Below, in pieces: positions 19,529 through 29,176 of a stretch of 64,000 nt of DNA. This DNA is from Eubacteriales bacterium. GTDB lineage: Bacteria; Bacillota; Clostridia; Oscillospirales; SIG627. The stretch is taken from positions 13,253 through 77,252 of the forward strand of contig JAZQJZ010000039.1 of the NCBI GenBank assembly GCA_045541915.1, read 5' to 3'. Both the position numbers and the translations under genes were made by a program. The stretch's first letter is position 1; each line of letters starts with the position of its first letter. Under the pieces are notes generated by a model. That model saw only the letters and a list, made by a program, of their open reading frames with translations. It had not been told where the DNA came from and did no database searches.

Positions 19529-20425
19529 ATGGAAAATAAGCAAAAAAAAGAGGGAGAAGCCACGGAACGAAAGGTAACCCGTTACGGCGGCTATTCCTCC
19601 CGATTCCAATATGAAAAAAGCAAGGAAAAAAAGAGAAGTGCCTGGAGCTCCGCTTTACAGATCTTGCTCCTTTTGGCCCTTGTTGCTGTCCTTGCTCTTT
19701 GCGCCGGCGTGCTTTATAAGGTTTTTCTGGCGCCGCCCCAGTCCTCCTCCGAGGGCGACGGCAGTGGCACGGTAAAGGTGCCCACCCAGGCCCAGCTCAA
19801 TCAGATCGCGCAGGATCCGGGAGAGATGCTGGAGGAGGTGGAATACTCCATGATCACCTTGGAGGTGACGGGAGAGGACGGTGCCCGGCAATACGGTACC
19901 GGCTTTATGATCTCCACCCAGGGCTATGCCCTCTGCTCCTCCAAGCTGGTCCATCCGGAGGTGACGGGAGAAGTGAGAGCCTATGACTCTGACGGCCTGA
20001 GCTATTCTGTTTCCCTGGCAGAAACGGTGGCGGACTTGGGCTTTTCCGTGATCCATCTCCAGGACTGCTTCGGCGCCATCACCTCCTCTGTGGGGAATTT
20101 CTCCTTTGTGGATCGGGGCGAGGTGCTGTATGTATTGGGATCGGTCTATCCCCGAGAATATTATGGTACCGCCCTTTCGGGCATTGCCGCCTCTGTGGGA
20201 AAGAATCTTCAGGTGACCTTGAATGGAAAAAGCATCTTTGTTCCGGTTGTCTTTTTGGACGTTGTGCCCAATGAAAGCCTTTACGGCGGCCCGGTGGTGG
20301 ATTCCGCCGGCAACGTCATCGGCTTTTGCACCGATGCCGTCACATCTCCCTACGGAAATCTCACCGGGGCCGTCTCCATCAACGTGATCCTCTCTCTGGT
20401 CAATGATCTTTTGGGAGAGAATTAG
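19529..20425 (+). CDS. membrane-anchored trypsin-fold (S1C/HtrA-like) protein, probably catalytically inactive
   Basis: 298 aa. Basic N-terminus plus one TM helix. GTGFMIS...GYALCSSKLV aligns to HtrA GSGFII..TNNHVV (His position is Lys). ESLYGGPVVDSAGNVIGF aligns to GNSGGPLVN..G.VIGI (Ser position is Tyr). No PDZ domain. Confidence 0.6.
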   Translation: MENKQKKEGEATERKVTRYGGYSSRFQYEKSKEKKRSAWSSALQILLLLALVAVLALCAGVLYKVFLAPPQSSSEGDGSGTVKVPTQAQLNQIAQDPGEMLEEVEYSMITLEVTGEDGARQYGTGFMISTQGYALCSSKLVHPEVTGEVRAYDSDGLSYSVSLAETVADLGFSVIHLQDCFGAITSSVGNFSFVDRGEVLYVLGSVYPREYYGTALSGIAASVGKNLQVTLNGKSIFVPVVFLDVVPNESLYGGPVVDSAGNVIGFCTDAVTSPYGNLTGAVSINVILSLVNDLLGEN

Positions 20426-20440
20426 GAAAGGAATCGGTTT

Positions 20441-21682
20441 ATGCAGCTGAACGAAAACATTAAACTTTTGCCGGAGGCGGGAATTACCATTCAAAAACGA
20501 GTTTCCGACTTTCTTACCACCTCCCCCTCCTCCACCCTGATCCGTCTGGATCAGACCTTGATGAATATGCCCTTGCCTTCTCTGGTGACCGAGGAAATGA
20601 AACGGGCGGTGGATGAGGTGGCGGCGCCCTTTGGGGTGCGGCTGAATAGTCCCTGGTCCGGCTATGAAAGCCTGAAAAAAGCAGTCAAGGAGCACATTTC
20701 TTCCCTGGGCGGTAGCATTTCGGAGAGCGAGGTGTTTATCACCTCCGGCCTGGAAAGCGCCCATTCCTGTCTGGCACAGCTTTTCGGTCCGGAAAACAAT
20801 GTGTTGCTCTCCGACCCCTGCGAGCGCAATCTTCTGCAGCTTCAGCAGAGCCTTGGCCGGAATCTGGCCTTTGTACGCAACCGGCCGGAAAACCGCTTTA
20901 TCCCCCTGCCGGATGAAACCCCGGAGGATCTGATCTATCTTTCCTCCCCCGATCTTGTGACCGGCGTGGCAATGGATCGGGAAAGCTTGAAAATTTGGGT
21001 GGATTATGCCAATGAAACCGGCGGCGTGATCCTTTACGATGCCTCCCTTTCCGAATACATCCGGGATGAGAACTTTCCCCGGTCTATCTATGAGATCCCC
21101 GGCGCCGAAAATTGTGCCATCGAGCTGTTTTCCTTTGAAAAAGGCTTTGGGGTCAGGGAATTGAAGGTGGCCTATGTGATCCTGCCGGCCACTCTTACCC
21201 GAAACGGCACCAAGATCCGGGATCTTTGGTGCATCCGTCAGCCGGTGACGGCCACACCCCCCAGCTTTGTGATGCAAAGGGCGGCAGAAATGCTCTTTTC
21301 CCAGGAAGCCAGGGCAGACACCCAGAAGCTGTTGCACCGGATCAAAAAGGTTGCCAATACCCTTTCCCAGGGTCTTAACAATGCCGGGATCCCCCATGTG
21401 GGAAACGAAACCAGCCCGTACCTTTGGGTGCAGTGTCCCGGAGAAATGAATGCCTGGCAGTGCTTTGATCTGCTTTTGGAAAAGGCAGGCGTGGTGGTCA
21501 CGCCCGGCTCGCTCTTCGGCTACGGCGGAGAGCGGTTTATCCGGCTCACCTCCTTTGGAATGCCGGACGAAGCGCTGGAGGCGGCAGAGCGCATTGCACT
21601 TTACCTTTCCCAGCCTGCGCAGGAGCCGGAGGATACCCCCACTCCCGAGGAAACGGCGGCCATGCTCTTTTCCCAGGAATAA
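20441..21682 (+). CDS. class I/II PLP-dependent aminotransferase (LL-diaminopimelate aminotransferase-like)
   Basis: 413 aa. YDASLSEYI and SFEKGFGVRELKVAY align to DapL-type YDAAY and SFSK..G..G.R motifs, with the lysine retained. Other family positions are divergent. Confidence 0.6.
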   Translation: MQLNENIKLLPEAGITIQKRVSDFLTTSPSSTLIRLDQTLMNMPLPSLVTEEMKRAVDEVAAPFGVRLNSPWSGYESLKKAVKEHISSLGGSISESEVFITSGLESAHSCLAQLFGPENNVLLSDPCERNLLQLQQSLGRNLAFVRNRPENRFIPLPDETPEDLIYLSSPDLVTGVAMDRESLKIWVDYANETGGVILYDASLSEYIRDENFPRSIYEIPGAENCAIELFSFEKGFGVRELKVAYVILPATLTRNGTKIRDLWCIRQPVTATPPSFVMQRAAEMLFSQEARADTQKLLHRIKKVANTLSQGLNNAGIPHVGNETSPYLWVQCPGEMNAWQCFDLLLEKAGVVVTPGSLFGYGGERFIRLTSFGMPDEALEAAERIALYLSQPAQEPEDTPTPEETAAMLFSQE

Positions 21683-21710
21683 AGACGGCCTTTCACTGGA
21701 ACCCGTAAGA

Positions 21711-21746
21711 TGCGGCGAAGGATTTTCCTTGCCGCGTCTTTTTTCT
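21711..21746 (+). terminator. rho-independent terminator after the aminotransferase gene
   Basis: Imperfect stem gcggcgaagg / ccttgccgc followed by gtcttttttctttg. Confidence 0.5.
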
Positions 21747-21867
21747 TTGGGAAAACAGAAAAAAGCCAATTTCGGAAGGAAAAACCATTCTTTTTGTGAA
21801 AAAGAGATATAAAAGAGAGCTCTTTTTCGTTCAAACTGATGAAAAGACAGAAAATCCTTCGTTTTCC

Positions 21868-21896
21868 TTGCAAAAAAAACAGAAAAAAGATATAAT
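21868..21896 (+). promoter_or_regulatory. near-consensus sigma-A promoter for the 530-aa lipoprotein gene
   Basis: TTGCAA (21868-21873), 17-nt spacer, TATAAT (21891-21896). Confidence 0.6.
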
Positions 21897-21956
21897 TAAA
21901 AGGACAAATTATCTCATTAGAAGGGGAGGTTTCCCTTTCTTTTAGGAGGAGATTTT

Positions 21957-23549
21957 ATGAAAAAAAGAATTTTATGTTCGCTGATGGCGCTTCTTCTTTG
22001 CACTGCCATGCTGCTGCCGATGCTCACTTCTTGCGGTGAAGATGACGGCAACGAGGTTATGCTATATACGGAAGAGAATGTTCAGCAGAACAACCAGCAG
22101 CCGACTGCCGGAGATCCCACCGGTGAGGAAAAGACGGAAGAAGAGGAGAATGCCAAGCCGAACGATTACATTCCCCCCGAAAACTACGTTGATTTTTCCA
22201 ACAGTGAAAGCTTAAATTCCACCACCAACATCGGCGGCACCGGCTCTACTGTTGTGGCTGGCGGTAACGCTGATAGCAGCAAATATACCCTCACCCAGAT
22301 CATGGAAGCCAATCCTGCCCTGGGTGGTACTGTGGCGCAGAAGAGAAATGCAGCCGAAGCAGAAATGAGAAAAATGCTCACCCTTCTCTGGACCCCTGCC
22401 GGCGAAACGGTCTATAGCTACAATGACCAGGCCTATAAGTCTGCCACCGCAGTGAATAACGATGCCTTCCTGCAGAATCGCATTACCCTTCAGGCCGGTA
22501 AGGTCTATCAGGGTCTGCCTTATACCCGCGGCTCCTCTAACACTGCCGTATTTACCTACGGTGTGAAGCCGGAAAACGGAATTTATACCGTTCCCCTGAA
22601 CCAGAGAATCCTCTCCGGCAGCTCCAAGATCTCCGCCCGTTACGGCGTGGACGATGTGGATGCTCTTTATTGGGCTTGGAGCGTTGCCGCCACCCGCATC
22701 TTCTTTACCAATTCCGGAGAAATGACCAAAGAAGCCGGTGTTTTGCCGGTTGGCTCTTATGTTCTCTCTAAGGATGAGAAGAAAGTGGTGAACTCCATTG
22801 CCGGCTTGACCGACGATGTGGTAAAGGAAAACGGCCAAGAGGTGATGTTCTCCTCTTACAAGGCTCTGCAGAAGGCAGACGGCCTGGTTTCCGATACGGA
22901 TCTGGGCAGCCACGTGATGATGGCCGTATCCGTTACCGTTGTTACCAAGGAAGACGGCTCCATTGACGGCAATAAGAGCTATGTCACCGTTCTGGAGCAG
23001 ACCGATGCCAATCTCGCAGCCTTCGAGCTTCTCACCGCAGAAGAAAAAGAAGCCAAGAAGGATGAAGTTCTGGTGGTGGGCGGAATCGATGTGAAATACA
23101 CCTTCCAGGAACTGTTCGAGGCCGGATACCTGCCTGTTACCTGCGATGATCTGACCCATGACGGCGCACTGGAGAACGTGTTCTACGGCGATAGCATCCG
23201 TTCCGAGGACCGTTTCCTTCCCAAGGCATTCTTCAGCACCACCGCTTCCGACGAACCCAACTTTGTTTCCTCCAACCGCCGCATTGTTTACGTCAACCAG
23301 GTGATCACCGATGCTGAAGGCAAGGTGGTCAGCGATGTGACCGGCTTCCCCACGGAAAAGGGCGTTGGCAAGGAAGTCTTCACCTATTACATCACCGATA
23401 TGGCAAGCTCCTCGGAGGAGACCCGTCGCATTGGCGAGGTTTCCACCGCGGTGTTCAAAAAGGGCGAGGATTATCGCTGCGTGATCACCGGTCTTCTTGC
23501 TACCGGCGAGACGGTTACCTTCCGCGATTACGAAGTAACCTATTCTTAA
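21957..23549 (+). CDS. lipoprotein, function unknown
   Basis: 530 aa. Signal peptide plus lipobox LTSCG, followed by an acidic low-complexity linker. No motif recognised. Confidence 0.7.
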   Translation: MKKRILCSLMALLLCTAMLLPMLTSCGEDDGNEVMLYTEENVQQNNQQPTAGDPTGEEKTEEEENAKPNDYIPPENYVDFSNSESLNSTTNIGGTGSTVVAGGNADSSKYTLTQIMEANPALGGTVAQKRNAAEAEMRKMLTLLWTPAGETVYSYNDQAYKSATAVNNDAFLQNRITLQAGKVYQGLPYTRGSSNTAVFTYGVKPENGIYTVPLNQRILSGSSKISARYGVDDVDALYWAWSVAATRIFFTNSGEMTKEAGVLPVGSYVLSKDEKKVVNSIAGLTDDVVKENGQEVMFSSYKALQKADGLVSDTDLGSHVMMAVSVTVVTKEDGSIDGNKSYVTVLEQTDANLAAFELLTAEEKEAKKDEVLVVGGIDVKYTFQELFEAGYLPVTCDDLTHDGALENVFYGDSIRSEDRFLPKAFFSTTASDEPNFVSSNRRIVYVNQVITDAEGKVVSDVTGFPTEKGVGKEVFTYYITDMASSSEETRRIGEVSTAVFKKGEDYRCVITGLLATGETVTFRDYEVTYS

Positions 23550-23568
23550 AAAAGAGTGTTTGAATCAG

Positions 23569-23597
23569 GCGGCGCCTCCCGGGCGCCGCTTCTTTTT
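23569..23597 (+). terminator. rho-independent terminator
   Basis: GC stem gcggcgcc / ggcgccgc with a 5-nt loop, followed by ttcttttt. Confidence 0.7.
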
Positions 23598-23670
23598 GAC
23601 CGAAAGGCTCTTGCCAAGGGCCTTTTGCTGTGATAAAATAAAAAGCGATGAAACAATAAGGAGGAACAAA

Positions 23671-24150
23671 ATGTCATTTCTCTGGACAACACTGTGGGGC
23701 AAGATCCTCATGACCTTTTTGGTTTCCATGGTGCCCTTTATTGAGCTGCGCGGCGCCATTCCCCTGGCGGCCATTCACGGCCTGGACCTGGCGGTGGCCT
23801 TTCCCGTGGCTATTTTGGGCAATGTGCTCCCCGTTCCCTTTATCATTTTGTTTATCCGGAAGATTTTTGCCTGGATCCGAAGGGTATTTCCCCGGCTGAA
23901 TCATTTTGTGGACCGGCTGGAGGAAAAGGGAAACAGCAAGAAGAATATCATCGAAAAAGGTGTTTTCTGGGGCATTTTCCTCTTTGTTGCCATTCCTCTT
24001 CCCGGCACAGGAGCCTGGTCCGGATCTCTCATTGCCGCTATGCTGGATCTACGCTTAAAGCGCGCGTTTCCTGCGGTGGCTCTGGGTGTGATCACCGCCG
24101 GAATCATTATGGCGACCCTTTCCTATTTGATTCCCGGCCTATTTTTCTAA
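23671..24150 (+). CDS. small membrane protein of the COG2426 'small multidrug export' family
   Basis: ATG 23671 after a GGAGGA RBS. About 159 aa with 4 TM segments. FIELRGAIPLA and PLPGTGAWSGSL motifs are typical of this family. Confidence 0.65.
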   Translation: MSFLWTTLWGKILMTFLVSMVPFIELRGAIPLAAIHGLDLAVAFPVAILGNVLPVPFIILFIRKIFAWIRRVFPRLNHFVDRLEEKGNSKKNIIEKGVFWGIFLFVAIPLPGTGAWSGSLIAAMLDLRLKRAFPAVALGVITAGIIMATLSYLIPGLFF

Positions 24151-24286
24151 TCACAAAAGAAAGCAAAGGAAGTCCGATCCCATGGGCTTCCTTTTTTTGT
24201 TTGGAAAGAGCGAGGCTTCCCCCTTGTAATTTTTTGTCCCTTATGATATATTGAAAGGTGACAAAAAGGAAAAAGGAGGCGGGAAA

Positions 24287-25669
24287 ATGGATCTTCCCAA
24301 CGGGTTCTGTCAGCGGATGACCCAGCTTCTGGGGGAAGAGGCCCCTTCCTTTTTCCGCGCCCTGGAAAACCAGCCCTCCCGCGCTTTTCGTTTTGATCCG
24401 AAAAAGGTGTCAAAAGAGCGGCTTTTTCAGGTGTTTTCTTCTTCCTTGAAAGAAGAAATTTTATTCTGCGAAGATGCATATCGTTTTGAATATGAGGGTG
24501 TGGGAAATCTTTCGCTGCACCATTCGGGTGCCATTTACGTGCAGGAGCCGGCCGCCATGGCGCCGGTAGCCGCTCTGGGAAAGATCTCGCCCGGTGCCAT
24601 TTTGGATCTTTGTGCCGCGCCAGGAGGAAAAAGTCTCCAGGCGGCAAGGCTTCTTTCAGAGGGCGGTGTGATCGTTTGCAATGAGCCCGATGACCGTCGC
24701 CGCCGGGTTCTGATGCAGAATCTGGAACGGTGCGGTTTGAAAAACTGCCAGGTAACCGGATTTGACGCCAGGCATCTTCCCAAAAGCTGGAAGGAGCGGT
24801 TTGACCTTGTGATCTGCGACGCCCCCTGCTCCGGCGAGGGAATGATGAGAAAAAGCCGGGAGGCAGTGGAAACCTGGAGTGAGGAGAACATTACTCTCTG
24901 TGCAAAGCGCCAGGAGGAGATTTTGGAGATGGCCTGGTTTGCGCTGGCCCCCGGGGGCACGCTTCTTTATTCCACCTGCACCTGGGCGCCGGAGGAAAAT
25001 GAAGAAAGGGTGTTTTCCCTTTTGAAAAAGAAGCCGGATCTGCATCTGGTATCTCCCACCGAAGGGGTTTTGGCCCAATCGGCGCCGGGGATTTCGTTGC
25101 CGGACTGCCCCTTTGATCTTTCCTTGACCCGTCGCTTTTATCCCCACCGATTCGACGGGGAAGGCCAGTTTTTGGCTGTGATGAAAAAAGACGGAGAAAA
25201 ACCGAAGGAAAAAAAGAAGAAGGAAAAAGAAAAAAGCGCCAAGGTGACGGAAAAAGAGAAGATTGCCCGGGCGTTTCTGGAGGAGCAGCTTTCCGGGCCC
25301 ATCCGGGAGAAAATTTTGTTTCGGGGCGAGGATCTTTACCTTGTGCCCCAAAATGGCCTTCCGGCAGAAGAGACGGTGTCTCCCGGTGTTTTGGTGGGCA
25401 CGGTGCAAAAGGGGAGAGTGGTTCCCCATCACCGCTTCTTTTTGGCCTTTTCCTCTTGTTTCCGCCGGAAATATATGTTGCCTCCGGAGGATGCCCGTGC
25501 AGAGGCGTATCTGCGCGGCGAGGAGATCCCCTTGGAGGGAGAAAACGGCTGGGGCGTTCTGTTTTCCGGAGAGATGCCCCTGGGCGGCGTGAAGCTTAGC
25601 CTTGGCCGAGGAAAAAATCAATATCCTAAGGGATTGAGAAAGGTATCATATGTACGACGAATTGACTAA
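24287..25669 (+). CDS. RsmB/RsmF (NOL1/NOP2/Sun) family RNA m5C methyltransferase
   Basis: ATG 24287 after AAGGAGG. SAM motif DLCAAPGGKS, motif IV DAPCSGEG, motif VI LLYSTCT. C-terminal PUA-like extension. Confidence 0.85.
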   Translation: MDLPNGFCQRMTQLLGEEAPSFFRALENQPSRAFRFDPKKVSKERLFQVFSSSLKEEILFCEDAYRFEYEGVGNLSLHHSGAIYVQEPAAMAPVAALGKISPGAILDLCAAPGGKSLQAARLLSEGGVIVCNEPDDRRRRVLMQNLERCGLKNCQVTGFDARHLPKSWKERFDLVICDAPCSGEGMMRKSREAVETWSEENITLCAKRQEEILEMAWFALAPGGTLLYSTCTWAPEENEERVFSLLKKKPDLHLVSPTEGVLAQSAPGISLPDCPFDLSLTRRFYPHRFDGEGQFLAVMKKDGEKPKEKKKKEKEKSAKVTEKEKIARAFLEEQLSGPIREKILFRGEDLYLVPQNGLPAEETVSPGVLVGTVQKGRVVPHHRFFLAFSSCFRRKYMLPPEDARAEAYLRGEEIPLEGENGWGVLFSGEMPLGGVKLSLGRGKNQYPKGLRKVSYVRRID

Positions 25670-26150
25670 AATCGACATTCAGAAAATGCAGGAGGAGATC
25701 GATTACCGCATTTCCCTGCGGCCACAGCTTCGGGCTGATGTTCAGCAGGCAAGAGAATTGGGCGATTTGAGTGAAAATGACGAATACCGTACCGCGAAAC
25801 GGGAAAAGGGAAAAAACGATTCCCGGATCCGGTATCTGCAGAATATGATCGCCACGGCAAAGATCATTTCCTCCGATTCCCGCGAGGGGGAGGTGGGCCT
25901 GTTTGACAAGGTGACCCTTTATATCGAAGAGGACGATGAGGAAGAGAGTTACCGTCTGGTCACCACCCTTCGGGAAAATGTGCTGGAGGGCTGTGTTTCC
26001 AAGGAATCTCCCTTGGGCAAGGCGCTTTTGGGCAAAAAGGTGGGGGATCGCATTTTGATCTCTCCCTCTCCCCAATATTCCTACTGGGCGCAGATCCGCG
26101 CCATTGAAAAAGGAGAGGATGACCCCTCTCTTCCCATTACTTCTTATTAA
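25650..26150 (+). CDS. greA: transcription elongation factor GreA
   Basis: 166 aa. Coiled-coil with GDLSENDEYRTAKRE and a C-terminal FKBP-like domain. Overlaps the preceding gene by 20 nt. Confidence 0.9.
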   Translation: MYDELTKIDIQKMQEEIDYRISLRPQLRADVQQARELGDLSENDEYRTAKREKGKNDSRIRYLQNMIATAKIISSDSREGEVGLFDKVTLYIEEDDEEESYRLVTTLRENVLEGCVSKESPLGKALLGKKVGDRILISPSPQYSYWAQIRAIEKGEDDPSLPITSY

Positions 26151-26164
26151 GCGAGGAGAAGGAT

Positions 26165-27988
26165 ATGAAAAAAACATTGAGCGTATTGGCGCTTTTGATC
26201 GCGCTGCTTTCCTTGAGCACTGTAGTGCTGGCGGAGGGAAAAACCCCCGTTCGCACGGTGACGGCCACCTCGGATCTTCCGGTGAGCGGAAAGCCCTGGT
26301 CGGTGGTGGAGGAGAGCAATGTGAAGATCATTGCCGTAAAGGACGGTGCCATTCAGGTACTTCAGGCGCCGCTGGAATTTTCCCTGGAGAGCACCATGTG
26401 GTATGACAATTCCACCGGCGAGGCGGTGGCCCTGAAGGAAAACGAGGTATTTATCAGCGGCAGAAGCTATACCCTTTCTCTGCGCATTGCCCTGTTTCAG
26501 CCGGACCTGGTGATTGACAATACCACCTCCCTTTTCATCAACGGAAAAAATGCCAGTGTTACGGCGGTGCAGGAGGGCCAAATGGAGACGGTCTATGAGA
26601 TCTCCAGCCATTTTGTATGCACGCCCAATGACATTGCCCCCAAGGTGACCCTGAAAACAGAAGGGGTCTGCAACAAGGAATATGACGGCAAGAGCATCAA
26701 ACTTTCTGCCGAAGTGGAAAAGACCGACGGAATCGAATATCGCTATGAGTGGTACCGGGACGGCTTGGTTCTGGAAGGAAAGGACCAGGAGACACTGGAA
26801 GTGAGAAACGTGGCGGAATCCGGCTCATATCACTGCAAGGTGTTTGCCAAGGTGGCCTCGGATCTGAACGAAAATTCCCAGTTCACCGAAACGGGCGTCC
26901 AGAGCATTGTGATCACTCCTCACCCGGTGACCGTTCAGATCGAAGATGCGGAAAAGAATCTGTTTGACCAGGACCCTGCCTTTACCTATACGGTCATGGG
27001 CGAAATTTACGATAAAATTTCCGGTTATCCCACCCGTACCGCCGGCGAGGACATTGGAAGCTATCTGATCTCCCCCGGCACCCTTTCCTTTGCCGATACC
27101 ATTTCCCAAAACTATCTGATCCAGTTCAGAACGGGCACCCTGACCATTCTCAATGTGGAGGATCTGCCCTTTTCCGCTGTGGCAACCCTGGCGGATCTGA
27201 GCTATATTTCCGGCGAGGGCGGCGCTAAGATTCGCGTCAGTGCCAGCAAGGGAACCTTGCCCCAGGGCGCCATTTTGTCCCTTTCCTTCCCCCAGGCCGA
27301 GGCCCAGAAGCCTCTGGAGGAATTGAGCGGAAAGCCCACCTTGAAAAGCTTTTCCGTCAGCGTGATGGATGAAAATGGAAAGGCCGTCTCTCTTCCCAAA
27401 TACGGAACGCTTCGTCTGCAGATCCCCTTGACCGAACAGGAAGAGGCCTCCCAAAAGGTAGAGACCATTCAGGCAGGATTCTTCGGAGAGGACGCTCAGT
27501 TTCTGGAGACAAAGGTTTCTGTAAGCGATGTGGGTGTGACCTATCTTACGGTAGAGATCAAGCGTCCGGGCACCGTTTCCCTGTTTGCCGGCGAGGAAAA
27601 GACTCCGGTGGTTTCCTCCGGCACCTCCCAAGGACAGGAGGAAGAAGGAAAAGAATCCGGCGGATTCTGGCTCTGGCTGGTGATCGGTCTGTTGACCCTG
27701 GCCGCTCTTTGCGCCATTGTTTTGACGGTGATCTGGACCAAGAAGAATCGGGCGGAGGAGGAAAAGGTCGGAAAAGGAAAGAAAAAATCGGTGCAAAAGC
27801 CTGTTCCGGAGACTCCATTGGATCTGACCTTAAAGGAAAAGGAAAAGGAGCGGATCCGCCGAATTGCCGATGAGATGAACGCGCTCCCTCCCGTCCCTCA
27901 GGAAAAAGCGGAGGAAAAGAGCCGGGAAAAAGAACAAAAGAACACAAAACGAAAGGTGATCTCCTTTGAAGATCTGGAGGAAGAGTGA
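26165..27988 (+). CDS. cell-surface protein with Ig-like and MBG-like domains and a C-terminal membrane anchor
   Basis: 607 aa. Signal peptide, Ig-like segment (YRYEWYRDG...GSYHCKV), MBG-like segment (TRTAGEDIGSYLISPG...NYLIQFRTGTLTI), TM helix near residue 510, Lys/Glu-rich tail. Confidence 0.6.
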   Translation: MKKTLSVLALLIALLSLSTVVLAEGKTPVRTVTATSDLPVSGKPWSVVEESNVKIIAVKDGAIQVLQAPLEFSLESTMWYDNSTGEAVALKENEVFISGRSYTLSLRIALFQPDLVIDNTTSLFINGKNASVTAVQEGQMETVYEISSHFVCTPNDIAPKVTLKTEGVCNKEYDGKSIKLSAEVEKTDGIEYRYEWYRDGLVLEGKDQETLEVRNVAESGSYHCKVFAKVASDLNENSQFTETGVQSIVITPHPVTVQIEDAEKNLFDQDPAFTYTVMGEIYDKISGYPTRTAGEDIGSYLISPGTLSFADTISQNYLIQFRTGTLTILNVEDLPFSAVATLADLSYISGEGGAKIRVSASKGTLPQGAILSLSFPQAEAQKPLEELSGKPTLKSFSVSVMDENGKAVSLPKYGTLRLQIPLTEQEEASQKVETIQAGFFGEDAQFLETKVSVSDVGVTYLTVEIKRPGTVSLFAGEEKTPVVSSGTSQGQEEEGKESGGFWLWLVIGLLTLAALCAIVLTVIWTKKNRAEEEKVGKGKKKSVQKPVPETPLDLTLKEKEKERIRRIADEMNALPPVPQEKAEEKSREKEQKNTKRKVISFEDLEEE

Positions 27989-28686
27989 AGCCCTATATTA
28001 TTTTTGATTTAGACGGAACCCTGGCAGAATTGGGGAAGGAATGCAAGGAGGAGAATGTTCGCCTATTAAAGGAATTGGAAAAGGCCGGTGCGCGTCTTGC
28101 CATTTCCAGCGGAAAGCCCACCTATTACCTTTGCGGCTTTGCCCGTCAGCTGGGCCTTTCCGGGCCCATTCTCATCGGCGAAAACGGAGGCGCACTCCAG
28201 GTGGGAATCGAGCTTCCGCCGCCCATTTTCAAGACGGCGCGGATCCCGGAGGATACCCAACTTGCCTTAAAGGAAATTCGGCGCCTTCTGGAGACGGAAT
28301 TCCCCGATCGGATCTGGTATCAGCCAAATGAAACGGCGCTTACTCCGTTCCCTCATTTTCAGGAGGATTTTGCTCCCATCCGAGCGCTCCTCGAAGATTT
28401 TATCCGGCCGGAAATGAACCTTGCGGTGTATGAGCATTCTGACTGCTTTGACATTGCCTTCGCTCCCATTTCCAAGGGAGAGGGGATCCGCTTGCTCTCG
28501 GAGGTGACCGGGGCAGATCCTGAGGATATGATCGCCGTAGGCGACTGGACCAACGATTATCCCATGTTTTGCCAGGTGGGGTATTCCGTGGGGATCCATC
28601 TGCCGGAGCCGGAGAGGGCCAGTGTGAATTTTCCCGATTTAAAAAGTGCTCTACTACACCTTTTGGATCGGTGCAACCGCCAATAA
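27985..28686 (+). CDS. HAD-superfamily (Cof-type) hydrolase
   Basis: 233 aa. Motif I IFDLDGTL, SSGKP, and motif IV GDWTNDYPM. GTG start overlaps the upstream stop. Confidence 0.8.
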   Translation: MKPYIIFDLDGTLAELGKECKEENVRLLKELEKAGARLAISSGKPTYYLCGFARQLGLSGPILIGENGGALQVGIELPPPIFKTARIPEDTQLALKEIRRLLETEFPDRIWYQPNETALTPFPHFQEDFAPIRALLEDFIRPEMNLAVYEHSDCFDIAFAPISKGEGIRLLSEVTGADPEDMIAVGDWTNDYPMFCQVGYSVGIHLPEPERASVNFPDLKSALLHLLDRCNRQ

Positions 28687-28690
28687 AAAG

Positions 28691-28724
28691 AAAAATCACC
28701 GAGCATTTCGCTCGGTGATTTTTT
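28691..28724. terminator. bidirectional terminator between convergent genes
   Basis: aaaaatcaccgagc / gctcggtgattttt perfect stem with an A-run and a T-run. Confidence 0.8.
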
Positions 28725-29175
28725 ATTTCTTGAATTCGGCAAGGATATGAATTTTTTCCTCCAGGGCCGCCTTTTCCTTTGGGGAAAAGAAAAAGAGGGG
28801 AAGAAAAAGCGAGAGGCCCGGCACAAGGAAAAAGAGGGCGAAATCCGGCTCCACCGGCAAAAGAGAGAGGCCTACGAAAAGCAGAAGGGCGGCCCACAAA
28901 AAAAGGAGAAGCCCGGAAAGGGCGGGGCGGGTAAAGCCATAACGAATGGAAAGTCCCTTCTCCTCCTCTGTGATCTTGCCTCGAAGGGTGCAGGAAAAAA
29001 GAGGAAAAAGACCTTTTTTCTGTCGGTAAAGGAGAAAGGAATCTCCTTTTCTTTTTGCCCGGAACAGGGTCTTGCTTTCTGCCGAAAAGCGGGAGGAAAG
29101 AGTGGAGGGGGTGGTGCCCCGATCCAGATTCCGAAGGAATTTTTCTTTGGAGAGCTTGATTTTGATCTGTTTCAT
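28723..29175 (-). CDS. small membrane protein, function unknown
   Basis: About 150 aa from ATG 29175 (MKQIKIKL...). Two C-terminal TM helices. Starts 1 nt after the comM stop. Confidence 0.5.
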   Translation of the reverse strand: MKQIKIKLSKEKFLRNLDRGTTPSTLSSRFSAESKTLFRAKRKGDSFLLYRQKKGLFPLFSCTLRGKITEEEKGLSIRYGFTRPALSGLLLFLWAALLLFVGLSLLPVEPDFALFFLVPGLSLFLPLFFFSPKEKAALEEKIHILAEFKK

Positions 29176-29176
29176 T

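Noticed and set aside
19655-21769. A 704-aa minus-strand ORF spanning two plus-strand genes
   Set aside because: It crosses the intergenic gap between two well-supported plus-strand genes. Its composition is Gly/His/Arg/Pro-rich and motif-free. It is an antisense artefact.
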